From IMG/VR virus record IMGVR_UViG_2724679542_000011: a stretch of 8,638 nt of DNA. One strand, written 5' to 3'. The notes beneath the pieces were generated by a model. That model worked only from the letters and a program-made list of their open reading frames with translations, was not told the DNA's origin and made no database searches. Source of the DNA: a virus. Lineage: Duplodnaviria; Heunggongvirae; Uroviricota; Caudoviricetes. Below, in pieces: positions 6,790 to 8,638 of this stretch (positions are counted from its first letter, which is position 1; every line of letters begins with the position of its first letter). The position numbers and the translations under genes are program-made.

Positions 6790-7056
6790 TCATGCGTCGT
6801 ACCCCCGTTTGCGTCCGGCAATGCGTCCGGCCATCCATGCGGTGACTTCAGAGTGCAGCCAGGCCACATTTTTACCGCCAAGACTCACCTGCGGCGGAAA
6901 TTCCCCCTTACGGATGAGTTCATAGATGGTCGAGCGTGACAGGCCGCACAGGTGCATCACTTCCGGCAGACGTAAAAAACGCTCCTGCGTGATGTCCGGC
7001 AGCGGCATCAGTGGCGTCACAGGGGCGGGAGACGGGGAAGAAAAAACAGCTTGCAT
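6790..7056 (-). CDS. alpA: AlpA/Vis-family helix-turn-helix regulator (88 aa)
   Basis: Seen: HTH segment [29 protein letters not shown] resembles the AlpA/excisionase-like fold; GAGG Shine-Dalgarno 7 nt upstream of the ATG at 7054-7056. Size matches P4 vis (orf88) as I recall it. Confidence 0.8.
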   Translation of the reverse strand: MQAVFSSPSPAPVTPLMPLPDITQERFLRLPEVMHLCGLSRSTIYELIRKGEFPPQVSLGGKNVAWLHSEVTAWMAGRIAGRKRGYDA

Positions 7057-7158
7057 CAGGCTACCTCGTTAATGTCCATACAGCACCGGATAAGTCCGTC
7101 CGGCTTCGGGTAGCGCTTTATTTTGTGAATATTTTTGGCAGATGCAACAGGGGGGATT

Positions 7159-7176
7159 TGTTCCGGCAGTCTTACA
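7159..7176. promoter_or_regulatory. TGT-N12-ACA box (candidate Ogr/Delta activator site) in the divergent region, plausibly for the leftward late promoter upstream of vis
   Basis: Seen: TGTTCCGGCAGTCTTACA. Established knowledge: P2/P4 late promoters carry TGT-N12-ACA centred near -55. Orientation and target promoter are inference. Confidence 0.4.
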
Positions 7177-7334
7177 ATGGCTGTGTATTTTTTATACATC
7201 AGCGCCAGATGGCTTTAAAACGCTCTGGAAGGAGCTGGAAAAAATTATAGTGAAATACAAATTGTTTTTTCTTATTTATTTCAGTGGATTAATAAAAATA
7301 AAAAGTAATAAACAGCACAAAAAGTCTATGAGCG

Positions 7335-7428
7335 GGTGAACAGACGGTGAACAGTCATTACTGCGATTGTTCACCCTTTAACTTACTGTATTACTTATCT
7401 TTTTTCTTATGGTGAACAGAGGTGAACA
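7335..7428. repeat. ori-like iteron cluster: 5 copies of GGTGAACA/TGTTCACC (4 direct, 1 inverted) next to an AT-rich tract (7250-7320)
   Basis: Seen: GGTGAACA at 7335-7342, 7346-7353, 7411-7418, 7421-7428 and TGTTCACC at 7368-7375; 10-11 bp spacing within pairs. Same octamer as the crr cluster about 4.8 kb away. Confidence 0.7.
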
Positions 7429-7507
7429 GTAAAATATAAAAAAACAAACAGTAAGCCGGTTTTTCCTGCGACCTTTTCCTGGCTTGCCGGTCTGAGGATG
7501 AGTCTCC

Positions 7508-7525
7508 TGTGTCAGGGCTGGCACA
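7508..7525 (+). promoter_or_regulatory. TGT-N12-ACA box upstream of sid (Psid-like Delta/Ogr-dependent late promoter)
   Basis: Seen: TGTGTCAGGGCTGGCACA centred about 80 nt upstream of the sid ATG, consistent with a -55 activator site and a short 5' UTR. Confidence 0.5.
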
Positions 7526-7597
7526 TCTGCAATGCGTCGTGTTGTTGTCCGGTGTACGTCACAATTTTCTTAACCTGAAGTGACGAGGAGCCGGAAA

Positions 7598-8332
7598 ATG
7601 TCTGACAACACCATCCCTGAATATCTGCAACCCGCACTGGCACAACTGGAAAAGGCCAGAGCCGCCCACCTTGAGAACGCCCGCCTGATGGATGAGACCG
7701 TCACGGCCATTGAACGGGCAGAGCAGGAAAAAAATGCGCTGGCGCAGGCCGACGGAAATGACGCTGACGACTGGCGCACGGCCTTTCGTGCAGCCGGTGG
7801 TGTCCTGAGCGACGAGCTGAAACAGCGCCACATTGAGCGCGTGGCACGCCGGGAGCTGGTACAGGAATATGACAATCTGGCCGTGGTGCTGAATTTTGAA
7901 CGTGAACGCCTGAAAGGGGCGTGTGACAGCACGGCCACCGCCTACCGGAAGGCACATCATCACCTGCTGAGTCTGTATGCAGAGCATGAGCTGGAACACG
8001 CCCTGAATGAAACCTGTGAGGCGCTTGTCCGGGCAATGCATCTGAGTATCCTGGTACAGGAAAATCCGCTCGCCAACACCACCGGCCATCAGGGCTACGT
8101 CGCACCGGAAAAGGCTGTCATGCAGCAGGTGAAATCATCGCTGGAACAGAAAATTAAACAGATGCAAATCAGCCTCACCGGCGAGCCGGTTCTCCGGCTG
8201 ACCGGACTGTCAGCGGCAACACTCCCGCACATGGATTATGAGGTGGCAGGCACACCGGCACAGCGCAAGGTGTGGCAGGACAAAATAGACCAGCAGGGAG
8301 CAGAGCTTAAGGCCAGAGGACTGCTGTCATGA
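7598..8332 (+). CDS. sid: Sid-type capsid size determination (external scaffold) protein (244 aa)
   Basis: Seen: ATG at 7598 with GAGGAG 7 nt upstream (the track's upstream GTG start is rejected); long predicted helical, alanine/glutamate-rich protein; stop overlaps the delta start (ATGA). Position and size match P4 Sid. Confidence 0.85.
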   Translation: MSDNTIPEYLQPALAQLEKARAAHLENARLMDETVTAIERAEQEKNALAQADGNDADDWRTAFRAAGGVLSDELKQRHIERVARRELVQEYDNLAVVLNFERERLKGACDSTATAYRKAHHHLLSLYAEHELEHALNETCEALVRAMHLSILVQENPLANTTGHQGYVAPEKAVMQQVKSSLEQKIKQMQISLTGEPVLRLTGLSAATLPHMDYEVAGTPAQRKVWQDKIDQQGAELKARGLLS

Positions 8333-8616
8333 TTTACTGCCCGTCGTGTGGACATGTTGCTCACACCCGTCGCGCACATTTCATGGACGATGGCACCAAG
8401 ATAATGATTGCACAGTGCCGGAATATTTATTGCTCTGCGACATTTGAAGCGAGTGAAAGCTTTTTCTCTGACTGTAAAGATTCAGGAATGGAATACATTT
8501 CAGGCAAACAGAGATACCGCGATTCACTGACGTCAGCCTCCGGCAGTATGAAACGCCCGAAAAGAATGCTTGTTACCGGATATTGTTGTCGGAGATGTGA
8601 GGTGTACTGGCAATAG
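8329..8616 (+). CDS. delta: Ogr/Delta-family zinc-finger late transcription activator (95 aa)
   Basis: Seen: N-terminal CPSCGHVAHTRRAH...CRNIYCSATF, the C-x2-C ... C-x4-C Ogr/Delta finger; start overlaps the sid stop. Confidence 0.8.
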   Translation: MIYCPSCGHVAHTRRAHFMDDGTKIMIAQCRNIYCSATFEASESFFSDCKDSGMEYISGKQRYRDSLTSASGSMKRPKRMLVTGYCCRRCEVYWQ

Positions 8617-8638
8617 CGGACACTACCATTTGTTCTTT

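Larger units (their letters stand above)
1..8638. mobile_element. P4-like satellite phage genome segment (integrase, attP, crr, alpha, left operon, vis, ori, sid, delta), plus AT-rich accessory region next to int
   Basis: Seen: gene order and strands int(-)/alpha(-)/small genes(-)/AlpA-like(-)/Sid(+)/Ogr-Delta(+); iteron clusters at two sites about 4.8 kb apart; tRNA 3'-end-like att core. Established knowledge: this is the P4 architecture. Inference: exact identity with P4 not verified. Confidence 0.85.

Noticed and set aside
6564-6939. Plus-strand ORFs (93 and 102 aa) over the leader and the vis 3' end
   Set aside because: Highly basic, low-complexity translations antisense to the structured leader and AlpA-like gene; no start context.
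7011-7339. Plus-strand ORFs (79 and 65 aa) in the divergent control region
   Set aside because: Overlap the vis start, the TGT-N12-ACA box and the AT-rich ori tract; more likely regulatory DNA than coding.
7580-7597. Upstream GTG start for sid (MTRSRK extension)
   Set aside because: The ATG at 7598 has a well-spaced GAGGAG Shine-Dalgarno and gives the canonical 244-aa Sid length.
7559-8105. Minus-strand ORFs (176, 122, 134 aa) inside sid
   Set aside because: Antisense to Sid; GC-rich antisense artefacts.
1-8638. CRISPR array or insertion sequence
   Set aside because: No regularly spaced direct repeats with unique spacers and no transposase-like ORF or terminal inverted repeats were seen; the repeats present are iterons and regulatory palindromes.

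Overview
The whole window reads as one P4-type satellite phage (phage-parasite) genome segment. Two compositionally distinct parts are visible. (1) Bases 1-815 are strongly AT-rich (about one-third GC by eye) and carry the 5' part of a minus-strand gene whose N-terminus has the hallmark motif of SIR2-like (ThsA-type) NAD-binding defence proteins. This gene runs out of the window and is the main candidate for an accessory/defence cargo. (2) Bases 816-8638 are GC-rich and hold a near-complete P4 core in canonical order: P4-type tyrosine integrase (-), an attP core that mimics a tRNA-Leu 3' end, a crr-like TGTTCACC iteron cluster, alpha primase-helicase (777 aa, -), four small co-directional and translationally coupled left-operon genes (106, 151, 95 and 65 aa), a structured leader with an intrinsic terminator, an AlpA/Vis-family regulator (88 aa, -), a divergent control region with a second iteron cluster (ori-like) and two TGT-N12-ACA boxes, then Sid (244 aa, +) and an Ogr/Delta-family zinc-finger activator (+). 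Because int, attP, crr and alpha are contiguous, the element appears to be in its non-integrated (phage or plasmid) configuration. Gene sizes match what I recall for phage P4 itself, but I cannot confirm identity without a database search. Motif coordinates were located by hand and may be off by 1-2 nt. All family assignments come from reading the translations, not from any search.
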